Part shown: positions 55,662 through 64,000 of the stretch, one piece after another
Layout of the letters: every line of letters begins with the position of its first letter
Numbering within the stretch: the stretch's first letter is position 1
Assembly (NCBI GenBank): GCA_044440125.1
Contig: JBITAJ010000012.1
Location: forward strand, 224,001 to 288,000
Reading direction: 5' to 3'
Origin: Sedimentisphaeraceae bacterium JB056
GTDB lineage: Bacteria > Planctomycetota > Phycisphaerae > Sedimentisphaerales > Sedimentisphaeraceae
Length of the DNA stretch: 64,000 bases
Notes under the pieces: model-generated
What the model was told of the DNA's origin: nothing
What the model saw: only the letters and a program-made list of their open reading frames with translations
Database searches by the model: none
Translations under genes and position numbers: made by a program

Positions 55662-57979
55662 GAACGAAAATATTGAACATATTAATGTTGTTTACAATAA
55701 CCTGTACCTTTACCTTGACGCTTGATGCTGCAAGGCTCGAAGGCAGAAAATCGCAGGTTATTGATGAGCCGCTTGTCAACGGATATAACAAGGCTACTTT
55801 TGACGTGATGCTGGAAAGCTATCCGGCCAAGGCGGATTTTAACCCGGCTTTTGAACTGATGTGCACGCCTGTAAAAACCGATAAGATAAGATTCGTCTCG
55901 AACGATCCGGTTGCCCATGTTACTGAGATACGCCTGTTCGAGCCGGGCATGCAGAAGTATCCTCCGGTTATGGGCGGAGAAGGGCACGGTATATCAGTTC
56001 CAAATCTTGCCAAGGGCGCGACCGTCGAGGTGAGCAGTGCTTATGATATGAAACTGCGGCCCCCGCATGGAATTGTTGATGATGTGATATCGTTTGGCTC
56101 CAGATGGGTCAGTGGCGGCAGTGCTCCTCATACCGTTACTATCAATATGAAAGAGAAGAAGACTGTCGGTTGTATTCAGATGGTCAGCGGCTATCTCAGC
56201 GGTATGGACTGGCGGGTGATCGCAAGTAATTTCTATTTTGAATACTTTGACGGTAAGGAATGGAAGAAAATAGAAGGCAGCGGCCGCCGCAGTGATACCG
56301 AGCTTTCAAGCCTTGCGATAACCCTTGCTGACGATAGCGGCAATGAATATCTGTTCATAGGCAAAAGCGAAAAGAATAACTGGGCTGTCGGTAAACGTAA
56401 TTCTTCCGGCAATCTGGAAATAATAAAGGAAGTTTCAAAGCTTGAAACCGGCCTCTACGAAAAGGAAGTTTATCGTTTTGAACTGGCAACCTCTGCCAAC
56501 CGCGGGGTACTTCTCGTTGATGGTCGGCCGGTTATAGATATCGAACACGACCTTAAAGACGAGCTTAAAGCCGGAATTGAATCTTTGAGTAGTGATGTTG
56601 TTCTCGATGTAAAAAATATGTCTGTTGACACGGAGACGGATAAACGGAGTGCTGCACTGAAAGATGTTAGTTTTGAATGTATTGGGGGTGAGCTTCCTGA
56701 ATTTATTTTCGATCCTTCCGTTTTGTCTCAGCAGTTCCAATTGTCTTCAGTGAATCAGCAGCGGATAAGAGTAGGCGTTGAAAAAATATCGCAAGGTCAG
56801 ATGGTGAAGGTAAATGGTCGGAAAGTGTCATCATTACTTCTTAATCTTTCCGGCGGCAAACAGCAGGATGTTACGATAAGCGTAACATCGGCCGATAAAA
56901 GCAGCAGTCGTGATTATCTGATAGCCGTGCTTCCGGTTCCGCCGTCATCGCAGTTCGAACTTGCTTTCAGCGACGAGTTTGATGGTGATTCACTTAATAT
57001 GGATCACTGGATGCATAGGGGCGGAATGCGATGGACGAGTAAGCAGTGTGCGGAAAATGTACTTGTTAAAGACGGCAAGCTTGTGATAAGGCTTGAGTCG
57101 GACGGAAAGATGCAGAGAACCGGCGGGATTATTTCCAATGAGGCTTTCGGCTACGGCTACTATGAGACAAGGGCGAAGCTTTGGAAAGGTCACGGCTGGC
57201 ATGCTTCGTTCTGGCAGATGCAGGTTAAAGATACGATAAACGAGATCGACTGCTTCGAATCAACCGATCCCTATTCTTTCGGCTCCAATCTTCATTACTA
57301 CAAGCCGCGGCATATAATAGGCCCTAAGGGACACAAGGCGGATGTAGCCGAGAGGTTCCATACTTATGCTTGGGAATGGACCCCCGATCGCGTGAAGTTC
57401 TATTTTGACGGTGAGCTTCTGCGTGACGTTGCGTATCCTGGCCCGCATAAGCCGCAGAATGTCTGGCTTACATGTGTTGCCCATCCTGACGCTTCGATGA
57501 ATGATTTGCCCGGCACCGTTGAGTATGAGTATTTCCGTTATTACCGCAAGGAGTATATGCCGAGTGTTTCGGATGATGCTATCATTGTTGATGAGGGTAA
57601 AGACGGTTACAGCGAAATTGGTAATTGGACTAAGGGAGAGTATCCTGTTTCTTACGAATATGATTTCGAAACGCGTTTGAGTAAGGAGCAAGGCAGCTTC
57701 GCGATATGGAAGCCTGAAATCAAAAATGCCGGTCTTTACGATGTCTATGTATGGAATCCGTATGTGTTCGTTGATAAAAATGTGCCTCTGTATTCTTATA
57801 CCGTTAACTTCAGCGGCGGCAGTGAAGATGTTAATATTCGTCCAATGCTTGAAGGGCAGAAGTGGGTGAAGCTGGGACGTTACGAATTTGAGGCCGGTAA
57901 TAAAGGATACGTCAAAATGAATGTAAGGGACGGTGTGGCGAACAGGGCCGATGCCGTTATGTTTAAGCCGGTTCGCTAA
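55658..57979 (+). CDS. Secreted modular GH16 glycoside hydrolase, paralog of 36590-39028
   Basis: SDEFDGDSLN, GYGYYETRAKLWK, EIDCFE, FHTYAWEWTPD; same domain order as the 36590 gene. Confidence 0.85.
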   Translation: MRTKILNILMLFTITCTFTLTLDAARLEGRKSQVIDEPLVNGYNKATFDVMLESYPAKADFNPAFELMCTPVKTDKIRFVSNDPVAHVTEIRLFEPGMQKYPPVMGGEGHGISVPNLAKGATVEVSSAYDMKLRPPHGIVDDVISFGSRWVSGGSAPHTVTINMKEKKTVGCIQMVSGYLSGMDWRVIASNFYFEYFDGKEWKKIEGSGRRSDTELSSLAITLADDSGNEYLFIGKSEKNNWAVGKRNSSGNLEIIKEVSKLETGLYEKEVYRFELATSANRGVLLVDGRPVIDIEHDLKDELKAGIESLSSDVVLDVKNMSVDTETDKRSAALKDVSFECIGGELPEFIFDPSVLSQQFQLSSVNQQRIRVGVEKISQGQMVKVNGRKVSSLLLNLSGGKQQDVTISVTSADKSSSRDYLIAVLPVPPSSQFELAFSDEFDGDSLNMDHWMHRGGMRWTSKQCAENVLVKDGKLVIRLESDGKMQRTGGIISNEAFGYGYYETRAKLWKGHGWHASFWQMQVKDTINEIDCFESTDPYSFGSNLHYYKPRHIIGPKGHKADVAERFHTYAWEWTPDRVKFYFDGELLRDVAYPGPHKPQNVWLTCVAHPDASMNDLPGTVEYEYFRYYRKEYMPSVSDDAIIVDEGKDGYSEIGNWTKGEYPVSYEYDFETRLSKEQGSFAIWKPEIKNAGLYDVYVWNPYVFVDKNVPLYSYTVNFSGGSEDVNIRPMLEGQKWVKLGRYEFEAGNKGYVKMNVRDGVANRADAVMFKPVR

Positions 57980-58008
57980 TATTATTTCGAAAAAATCGAG
58001 GATACGTT

Positions 58009-60426
58009 ATGAACCTTAAAAATATATTCCTGATCGTTGTTATATTTGTTGTGCAGTTATGCGTTGCGGATATCTATTGGAAAGATGCTACCTACGATCA
58101 TACCTGGGGCAATTCGTCTAACTGGGATGACCTTGTAGTGCCTGACGCTTCAAGCGGTATTGTGTATGTGAAGGCTGGGTCTATAAGTTCGCCCAAAGCG
58201 TATCCTGTTATTTATTCTCCTGTTCCCGAAATTTACAGGTTGACCATCGGCGGCAGCGGCAACGGAGTTGCTTCGGTTACTGTTGAAGACAGCGGCATAC
58301 TTGATGTCCAATTTGTACTCCGTATGGGGCATTACAGCTCCGAAGAGAGCGATGTTCACGGCAAGCTTATTGTAAGCGGCGGCGTGGTCAATGTCGCGGC
58401 CGGAGGATATATCGATGTCGGAAGTTTGAATACTGACGGAACTTTGACCATTAACAGCGGAAGCGTCAATACGCCGCGAATAAATATCCCTGCCAGCCGC
58501 AACAGCAATGGTATTGTTCAGATTAAGGGCGGTTCGTTGAATGTCGAGTTTGACGGTGTTGTAATAGCTAATGATACTGTCTTTAATAAGAGCGGCCTGA
58601 TAGATATAAGCGGCGGTTCATTAATCGTTGATGGAGATGCCTCTGTCATCCTTGAAAGCTATGTAGCTCAGGGATCGATTATCGGTTATAGCGGCAACAG
58701 TACTGTAAGTGTTGATTACGACCAGACCAATCCTGGCAAAACGACCGTTAAAGCTAATTCTTACGATCAGTTTACAGCGAGGGTTCCATCACCTTTCAGC
58801 GGTAAGAAAGAAGTGCCGGTTAGCGGCTCGCTGAACTGGGTTGGTGGTGATTGGGCAATTGAACATGATGTATATATAGGTACCGATCTGCAGGCAGTCA
58901 TGAATGCTACCAATATGCAGCCGGATATCAACGGCAATGGCTGGATTGATCAAGCGGATGTTGTATTGCTGGCCGATAACTGGCTGAGTACTTCGCCTGT
59001 ATCGGGTGATATAGACCGAAGCGGGGAAGTTGATCTTAATGATTTTACGTTGCTTGCAAAAGATTACGGCAAACAGGCAAGCGATATCTATAGAGGCAGA
59101 GTTGGTGAGCCAAGCTTTGATTATGATGGTTTGGTTAATAACAAAAAATATTACTGGCGTGTTGATGAGGTCAACGGTGATCTTGTATGGGGCGGTGATG
59201 TATGGGAGTTTACTTCCAAAATATATGTTGACGACAGCAAGAGCGGCTGGGAGCTTTCTTTTAGCGACGAGTTCAATGGTGATGATGTAGATTGGGAAGT
59301 ATGGGCATCCGAGGCCGGATACCCGACACATATCCTTTCAAGCCGTTGGCCGGAGAATGCGATAGTTGAAAACGGTACGCTTAGACTTCTCACGAAGAAG
59401 GAAAGCCGCGGCGGGGCAGAATGGACAACCGGCAATCTCTGGACTAGGATTTTTAAGCAGAAGCACGGTTACTGGGAAGCAAGCTATCGCATAGGAAGTG
59501 CACCGGCTTTGAATAACGCTTTCTGGATGATCAAGGGCGGTGAGTTTGAGATAGACATTGATGAAGGTCATTACCCTGATACGATGAATATGAATCTTCA
59601 CAACTGGGCCGGCGAGCATTGGGCTACAGGCGCAACCTATGAGACAGGTCTGCCGCTTTCGCAGGAGTTTCATAAACGCGCTGTGGAGTGGACGCCTACG
59701 CTTTTGATATATTATTTCGATGACGTAGAAGTTCGCCGTGTTGATTACAGCAAGCTCGATATCAATGTGGATGCAGAGGTAGAGGTTCGTTTGAGTACTG
59801 CGGTTATCCCCTGGACAGGTGAAGAAATTACCGATGCACTCGATGGTACGAGTATGGACTTTGATTATGTCAGAATTTATGAAAAGGATTATGATGTCGA
59901 TCCGGCAAGGCTTATAGAGCCTTCAACTATCACGGCGACGGCGTTAAATACTTCTCAATACGGAACAAGATATCCTCTATATGCCGTTAATGGTGCCGGT
60001 CTCAGTGGAGACAATCATGCCACAGGAGCAGACAATGTTGCGTGGATGGCCGACTATAGGGATAACTGGTTCAAGGTTGATCTCGGTCAAAGCTTCGAGC
60101 TTGATTTTATCAAGATATGGAATTTTAATATGACCGGCTACACTTCAAGGGGAATAAAGACGGCCGACGTATATTATTCCGACAGCGAAAGCGATCCCGG
60201 CAATCCTCGGGATAACCCTGAGAACTGGTCGCTTTATAAAGCAGGCGTTGAATTTACCGAAGCATCTGGACGAACCGATTACGGAACGAACGAAGATTAC
60301 AATATGCCTGACATTCTGGATATATCGTACGTCAATGCAAGATGGATAGTATTTGATATCCAGAGCAATCATGCCGGCGACCCGTCTTATACGGGCATAA
60401 GCGAACTGCAGTTTATAAAAAAATAG
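58009..60426 (+). CDS. Secreted GH16 protein with beta-helix-like N-terminus, dockerin-like insert and C-terminal discoidin-like domain
   Basis: FSDEFNGD, HGYWEA, EIDIDE, DFDYVRIY; DINGNGWID / DIDRSGEVD motifs; WFKVDLG...GISELQF. Confidence 0.83.
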   Translation: MNLKNIFLIVVIFVVQLCVADIYWKDATYDHTWGNSSNWDDLVVPDASSGIVYVKAGSISSPKAYPVIYSPVPEIYRLTIGGSGNGVASVTVEDSGILDVQFVLRMGHYSSEESDVHGKLIVSGGVVNVAAGGYIDVGSLNTDGTLTINSGSVNTPRINIPASRNSNGIVQIKGGSLNVEFDGVVIANDTVFNKSGLIDISGGSLIVDGDASVILESYVAQGSIIGYSGNSTVSVDYDQTNPGKTTVKANSYDQFTARVPSPFSGKKEVPVSGSLNWVGGDWAIEHDVYIGTDLQAVMNATNMQPDINGNGWIDQADVVLLADNWLSTSPVSGDIDRSGEVDLNDFTLLAKDYGKQASDIYRGRVGEPSFDYDGLVNNKKYYWRVDEVNGDLVWGGDVWEFTSKIYVDDSKSGWELSFSDEFNGDDVDWEVWASEAGYPTHILSSRWPENAIVENGTLRLLTKKESRGGAEWTTGNLWTRIFKQKHGYWEASYRIGSAPALNNAFWMIKGGEFEIDIDEGHYPDTMNMNLHNWAGEHWATGATYETGLPLSQEFHKRAVEWTPTLLIYYFDDVEVRRVDYSKLDINVDAEVEVRLSTAVIPWTGEEITDALDGTSMDFDYVRIYEKDYDVDPARLIEPSTITATALNTSQYGTRYPLYAVNGAGLSGDNHATGADNVAWMADYRDNWFKVDLGQSFELDFIKIWNFNMTGYTSRGIKTADVYYSDSESDPGNPRDNPENWSLYKAGVEFTEASGRTDYGTNEDYNMPDILDISYVNARWIVFDIQSNHAGDPSYTGISELQFIKK

Positions 60427-60449
60427 TTGTATGTGAAAGGTTGGAGACG

Positions 60450-63062
60450 ATGAGTTTTATTCGTATATTTGTGCTTTCGTTATTTGTTTGCGGTTTGGTG
60501 ACGGCAGAACAGACGAAACGAAATCTTGTCCGTAACGGAAGCTTTGAGGCTGGAGGTTATGGCTGGATGTTCGATGCCAAACCTCTTGATGGTGAGTTTA
60601 TGGTTACCGGCGATGGGGATGCCAGTGTTAAGATTGGTGAAAAGTGTCAGAAAGTTTCGCTTGCAAGTGAGTGGTTTAAGCTTGCCTCTGGTAAGGACTA
60701 TTTTCTTACCTTGAAACTGCGGTCTCAAAATGATAATATGCCGGTGAGAATTTCCGTATGGTCGTGGGCAGATGCCGGAGGCAAATGGAATCAGAAAACT
60801 GAATCTGCTCAAACCGTAAATGTCAAAAAACAATGGGAGCAGTTTTCGCTAAAAGTAAATATTGAACCTGCTCGCATGGATAAATACCAGGTGGCAATTG
60901 AAACATGGACTAAAGGTGAGTTCTATGTCGATGATGTTTGTCTTGTTGAAGGCGGTCAGACGACACAGCATCCTTTACCTTTTAGTGATGTGGAGATGGG
61001 GCTTGAATCTTCCAATGACAGTTGTATGTTCGATGTTACCGATTTGCCGCAGGCAGATTTGTATTTTTATAATTATCAGAATATGCCGGTTGATGCAAAG
61101 GTTGAAATTAAACTTACAGATATTTACGATGAGAATGTTGTTACCAAATCTGAAACGATCAATATTAAACCCGGTCTTAAAAAACATATGCCGCTGACTT
61201 TGCCGGTAACTGAAAAAGGTTATTACAAACTTACGGCGAATCTTACTTTTCCCGGCGGTTCTCAAAGATGCAATTTTGCTTTTGCCGTGATAGATGTTAA
61301 CAGGTCGCGTCCAAAGGACGAAGGCTATTTCGGTGTCTGCACTTCGAGTCATAATCTCCAGCGGCAACTTAAAAGGGCAGCGGCTATAGGGATAAATAAT
61401 TTCCGCGTTCACGAGAGTCTCAACTGGAAAAATATTGAACCGGAGCAGGGTAAATACGTTTGGCCCGATTCTGCCGGTTATGAAGCTTACAGTAATAAAG
61501 GCTTTAATATACTCGTTTACTTCGATGGTATATGGCAGGGCCAGCCTGACTGGGCAAAAGGGCTTGATGAAAAAGAAAAGCTTAAACGATATGGAATTTT
61601 CTGCGCCCGTGCGGTAGAACATTATAAAGGGATAATTGAAGATTTTGAAGTTATCAACGAGCCTTGGGGACATATAGGTGCTGAAGAATATTACGATATT
61701 TTAAGGGCTGTTTATCCAAAGGCCAAAGCCGCTAATCCGGATGCCAACATGGCCGCGGTTACAGGTTATCATGGACCGCAGATAGATTTTATGAAAAAGA
61801 CCATGACCAATGGTTCGCTTGACTATATGGATGTTTATACTTTACATCCTTATCCTCGTCCGATGCAGCCCGAACCGGTACTTGTTAATATTCTGCAGGA
61901 GGCTTCAGGCTGGCTTGATCAGCAGGGATGGGATAAACCTGTTTGGATAACCGAGATGGGTTGGACGACAAGCGGCGGTGAACTTCTGCCGACAAGGATA
62001 CCGCGTCCGGCGGCTCGAAACAATACTGAGCTCGAAAGAGCTATGTATATTGTTCGTGCCAATATTATATCCATAGCAAACGGCGTTGACAGAATCTACT
62101 GGTTCTTTTATTCCGGCGACAATAATTTTTACTATTCATATGATATGTTCGAGTGCGACAGTAATGACAGCGTGATGAAGACTGTTCCTGTCTATTCTGC
62201 CATGACATCACGGCTTCGAGATTATAAATTCGAGAAGACACTCTCTGAAGGTGAAGATGATGTCTATGCATATATGTTTGTTAAAGGTGATGACAGGCAG
62301 GTCGTTGCGTTCTGTCAGGATGAAAAGGATGCGAAGTTGTATCTTGAGAATATTACAGGTGATTTTGCTGTATATGATATGCTTGGTAATCAGATGGATT
62401 CTGCTGAGGTTGTCAATCAGAAATATGATACGCCTCTGAGCGGCAAAGTGATTTATATTGAGATGAAGAATGCCGCTGCGGAGCCGAAGGTAGTCAAGCA
62501 AGGTTTGGTATGTGATGATAAACTTTCATTCAGTGAGCCGCTTCCAAAGATGGATTCTGATATCATTGTACCGGCTTCTGGATACAGCAAGGCTAATTTT
62601 TCTCCTGATCCTTTATGGCGGCCGGGAAGTTTGAGAACTTACAGCGGTGATGATGTATTGCTGAAGCGTACATATTTAAATGATGAAAAAGTTTATATGA
62701 TCGAGTATCGTTTTGATTCTGAAAAGTCAGGTCTCTATGATTTGGTTTTTGTATGCAGCCTTTTTGAAACCGACGATAATCTAAGTTGGAGTGTTAACGG
62801 AAGTCAATTCGTTTCGAATGCTTCCTCTCAGCTGATGGGTAAGAGTTGGGTTTACAGTAATAATCCAAATATCTGGTGGCGATTCAAATGCGGTGCGCAT
62901 AATATGGGCAAGGCTCGACTCAAAGAAGGGACTAACACGCTTCGAGTTAAACTGCAAAAACCGCTCAAAAATGATTACGGATATTTTATGTTTGATGTTG
63001 CCTCGTTCTTTGAGCAGGCATCACTTGAAATTTTTGAAGATAATCTTGGAAAATTAGAATAG
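60450..63062 (+). CDS. Secreted clan GH-A glycoside hydrolase (GH39/GH5-like) with N-terminal CBM-like domain
   Basis: NLVRNGSFE; WKNIEPEQG, INEP (acid/base), HPY, VWITEMGW (nucleophile). Confidence 0.8.
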   Translation: MSFIRIFVLSLFVCGLVTAEQTKRNLVRNGSFEAGGYGWMFDAKPLDGEFMVTGDGDASVKIGEKCQKVSLASEWFKLASGKDYFLTLKLRSQNDNMPVRISVWSWADAGGKWNQKTESAQTVNVKKQWEQFSLKVNIEPARMDKYQVAIETWTKGEFYVDDVCLVEGGQTTQHPLPFSDVEMGLESSNDSCMFDVTDLPQADLYFYNYQNMPVDAKVEIKLTDIYDENVVTKSETINIKPGLKKHMPLTLPVTEKGYYKLTANLTFPGGSQRCNFAFAVIDVNRSRPKDEGYFGVCTSSHNLQRQLKRAAAIGINNFRVHESLNWKNIEPEQGKYVWPDSAGYEAYSNKGFNILVYFDGIWQGQPDWAKGLDEKEKLKRYGIFCARAVEHYKGIIEDFEVINEPWGHIGAEEYYDILRAVYPKAKAANPDANMAAVTGYHGPQIDFMKKTMTNGSLDYMDVYTLHPYPRPMQPEPVLVNILQEASGWLDQQGWDKPVWITEMGWTTSGGELLPTRIPRPAARNNTELERAMYIVRANIISIANGVDRIYWFFYSGDNNFYYSYDMFECDSNDSVMKTVPVYSAMTSRLRDYKFEKTLSEGEDDVYAYMFVKGDDRQVVAFCQDEKDAKLYLENITGDFAVYDMLGNQMDSAEVVNQKYDTPLSGKVIYIEMKNAAAEPKVVKQGLVCDDKLSFSEPLPKMDSDIIVPASGYSKANFSPDPLWRPGSLRTYSGDDVLLKRTYLNDEKVYMIEYRFDSEKSGLYDLVFVCSLFETDDNLSWSVNGSQFVSNASSQLMGKSWVYSNNPNIWWRFKCGAHNMGKARLKEGTNTLRVKLQKPLKNDYGYFMFDVASFFEQASLEIFEDNLGKLE

Positions 63063-63071
63063 GAGATACTA

Positions 63072-64000
63072 ATGAATAGAAGAGACTTTCTAAAGATTGC
63101 AGGAGGCAGTGCCGCAGCTTTTTCATTGGGCGGCTGTCTGGAAAACAATATGATTTCCGGCGGCAAAAAGAAGAAACCCAACATTGTACTGATAATGGCT
63201 GATGATGTCGGCTATGGTGATTTAGGTTGCTATGGTGATACCAATCTTGTGCCTACTCCTAATATTGACAAGCTTGCTTCTCAAGGTGTTCGTTTTTCAG
63301 ATGCTTACGTAACAGCTCCTGTTTGCGGCCCATGCAGATACGGGATGTTCCTTGGAGCCTACCAGCAGAAGTTTGGTATTCAGTGGAACTGGAGCTGTTG
63401 GTCAAAAATACCAGGCTATCCGAATGAAACAATTGATGACACCCGCATTCCCTCCCAGCAGGAGCTGATGACCGAGCCGCTTGAAGATGCCGGTTATGTC
63501 AGTGGTCTTGTAGGCCACTGGGGATTGCCGTGCTATCCTCAGACTTCTTTTGATGAGTCTATGTCGGTTATACATTATGTTGCAGATTATTGGCCCGATG
63601 AAACCGGGCATTACGGCGGCGTGGATGAAGATATTGCTTACGGCGAATTCAAAGACATAAAGTGGGGCCCCGAGCGAGAGGGCGACGAATACCTTACTGA
63701 CAGGCTTGGACGACAGGCGGTGGAATTCATCGACAGACACAAAGACGAACCGTTCTTTCTGTATCTTGGTTTCAATGCTCCGCATAGCCCTATGCAGGCT
63801 AAGAATAGTCTTAAGGACAAAGTTGCTCATTTGCCGAGTGAAGCCCTCAAGTTTTATGGCGCGATGCTTCTTTCAATGGATGAGAATGTCGGCAAGGTGG
63901 TTGAGGCTCTCGATGAGCGTGGACTCAGGGAAGATACAATTGTTGTATTCATCAGCGATAACGGGCCGACTTATGCCTACAATGTTAAGTGGCCTAAAGA
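63072..64000 (+). CDS. Sulfatase, Tat lipoprotein, 3'-truncated by window edge (absent from ORF track)
   Basis: Manual translation: MNRRDFLK...LGGC...[21 protein letters not shown]...TPNID...CGPCR; AGGAG RBS. Confidence 0.92.
   Translation, partial: MNRRDFLKIAGGSAAAFSLGGCLENNMISGGKKKKPNIVLIMADDVGYGDLGCYGDTNLVPTPNIDKLASQGVRFSDAYVTAPVCGPCRYGMFLGAYQQKFGIQWNWSCWSKIPGYPNETIDDTRIPSQQELMTEPLEDAGYVSGLVGHWGLPCYPQTSFDESMSVIHYVADYWPDETGHYGGVDEDIAYGEFKDIKWGPEREGDEYLTDRLGRQAVEFIDRHKDEPFFLYLGFNAPHSPMQAKNSLKDKVAHLPSEALKFYGAMLLSMDENVGKVVEALDERGLREDTIVVFISDNGPTYAYNVKWPK

Noticed and set aside
63402..63830. 142-aa minus-strand ORF in an apparent gap of the ORF track
   Set aside because: It is antisense to the sulfatase starting at 63072, which the track missed because it runs off the window

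Overview
Gene-dense bacterial window, nearly all on the + strand. A prepilin-type H-X9-DG gene, Tat-lipoprotein sulfatases, dockerin-like surface proteins and an osmolyte transporter suggest a planctomycete (Phycisphaerae-like) from a saline habitat; this is inference only. Four blocks are visible. (1) 1-2.7 kb: glycine betaine ABC transporter. (2) 2.8-9.1 kb: czcCBA-like heavy-metal RND efflux operon preceded by a small His/Cys protein. (3) 11.5-36.4 kb: a Wzx/Wzy exopolysaccharide locus with unusual passengers: a REC-PP2C-Ser kinase fusion plus a STAS protein (partner switch), two apparently inactive phosphoglycosyl-transferase domains flanking the active one, a degenerate NDP-sugar pyrophosphorylase, uridine kinase, a four-module GLUG surface protein, a coupled Pol-beta-type nucleotidyltransferase / nucleotide-pyrophosphatase pair, and a Wzc with a degenerate kinase. 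(4) 36.6-64 kb: glycan-degradation region (three GH16, a GH98-like protein, a clan GH-A enzyme, a beta-propeller GH, two SGNH esterases, two sulfatases), interrupted by an AAA/DUF4143 gene. Three promoters in block 4 share a 21-bp-period direct-repeat motif next to the -35 box. No rRNA, tRNA, CRISPR or transposase was seen. All family calls come from motif recognition by eye; no database search was run.
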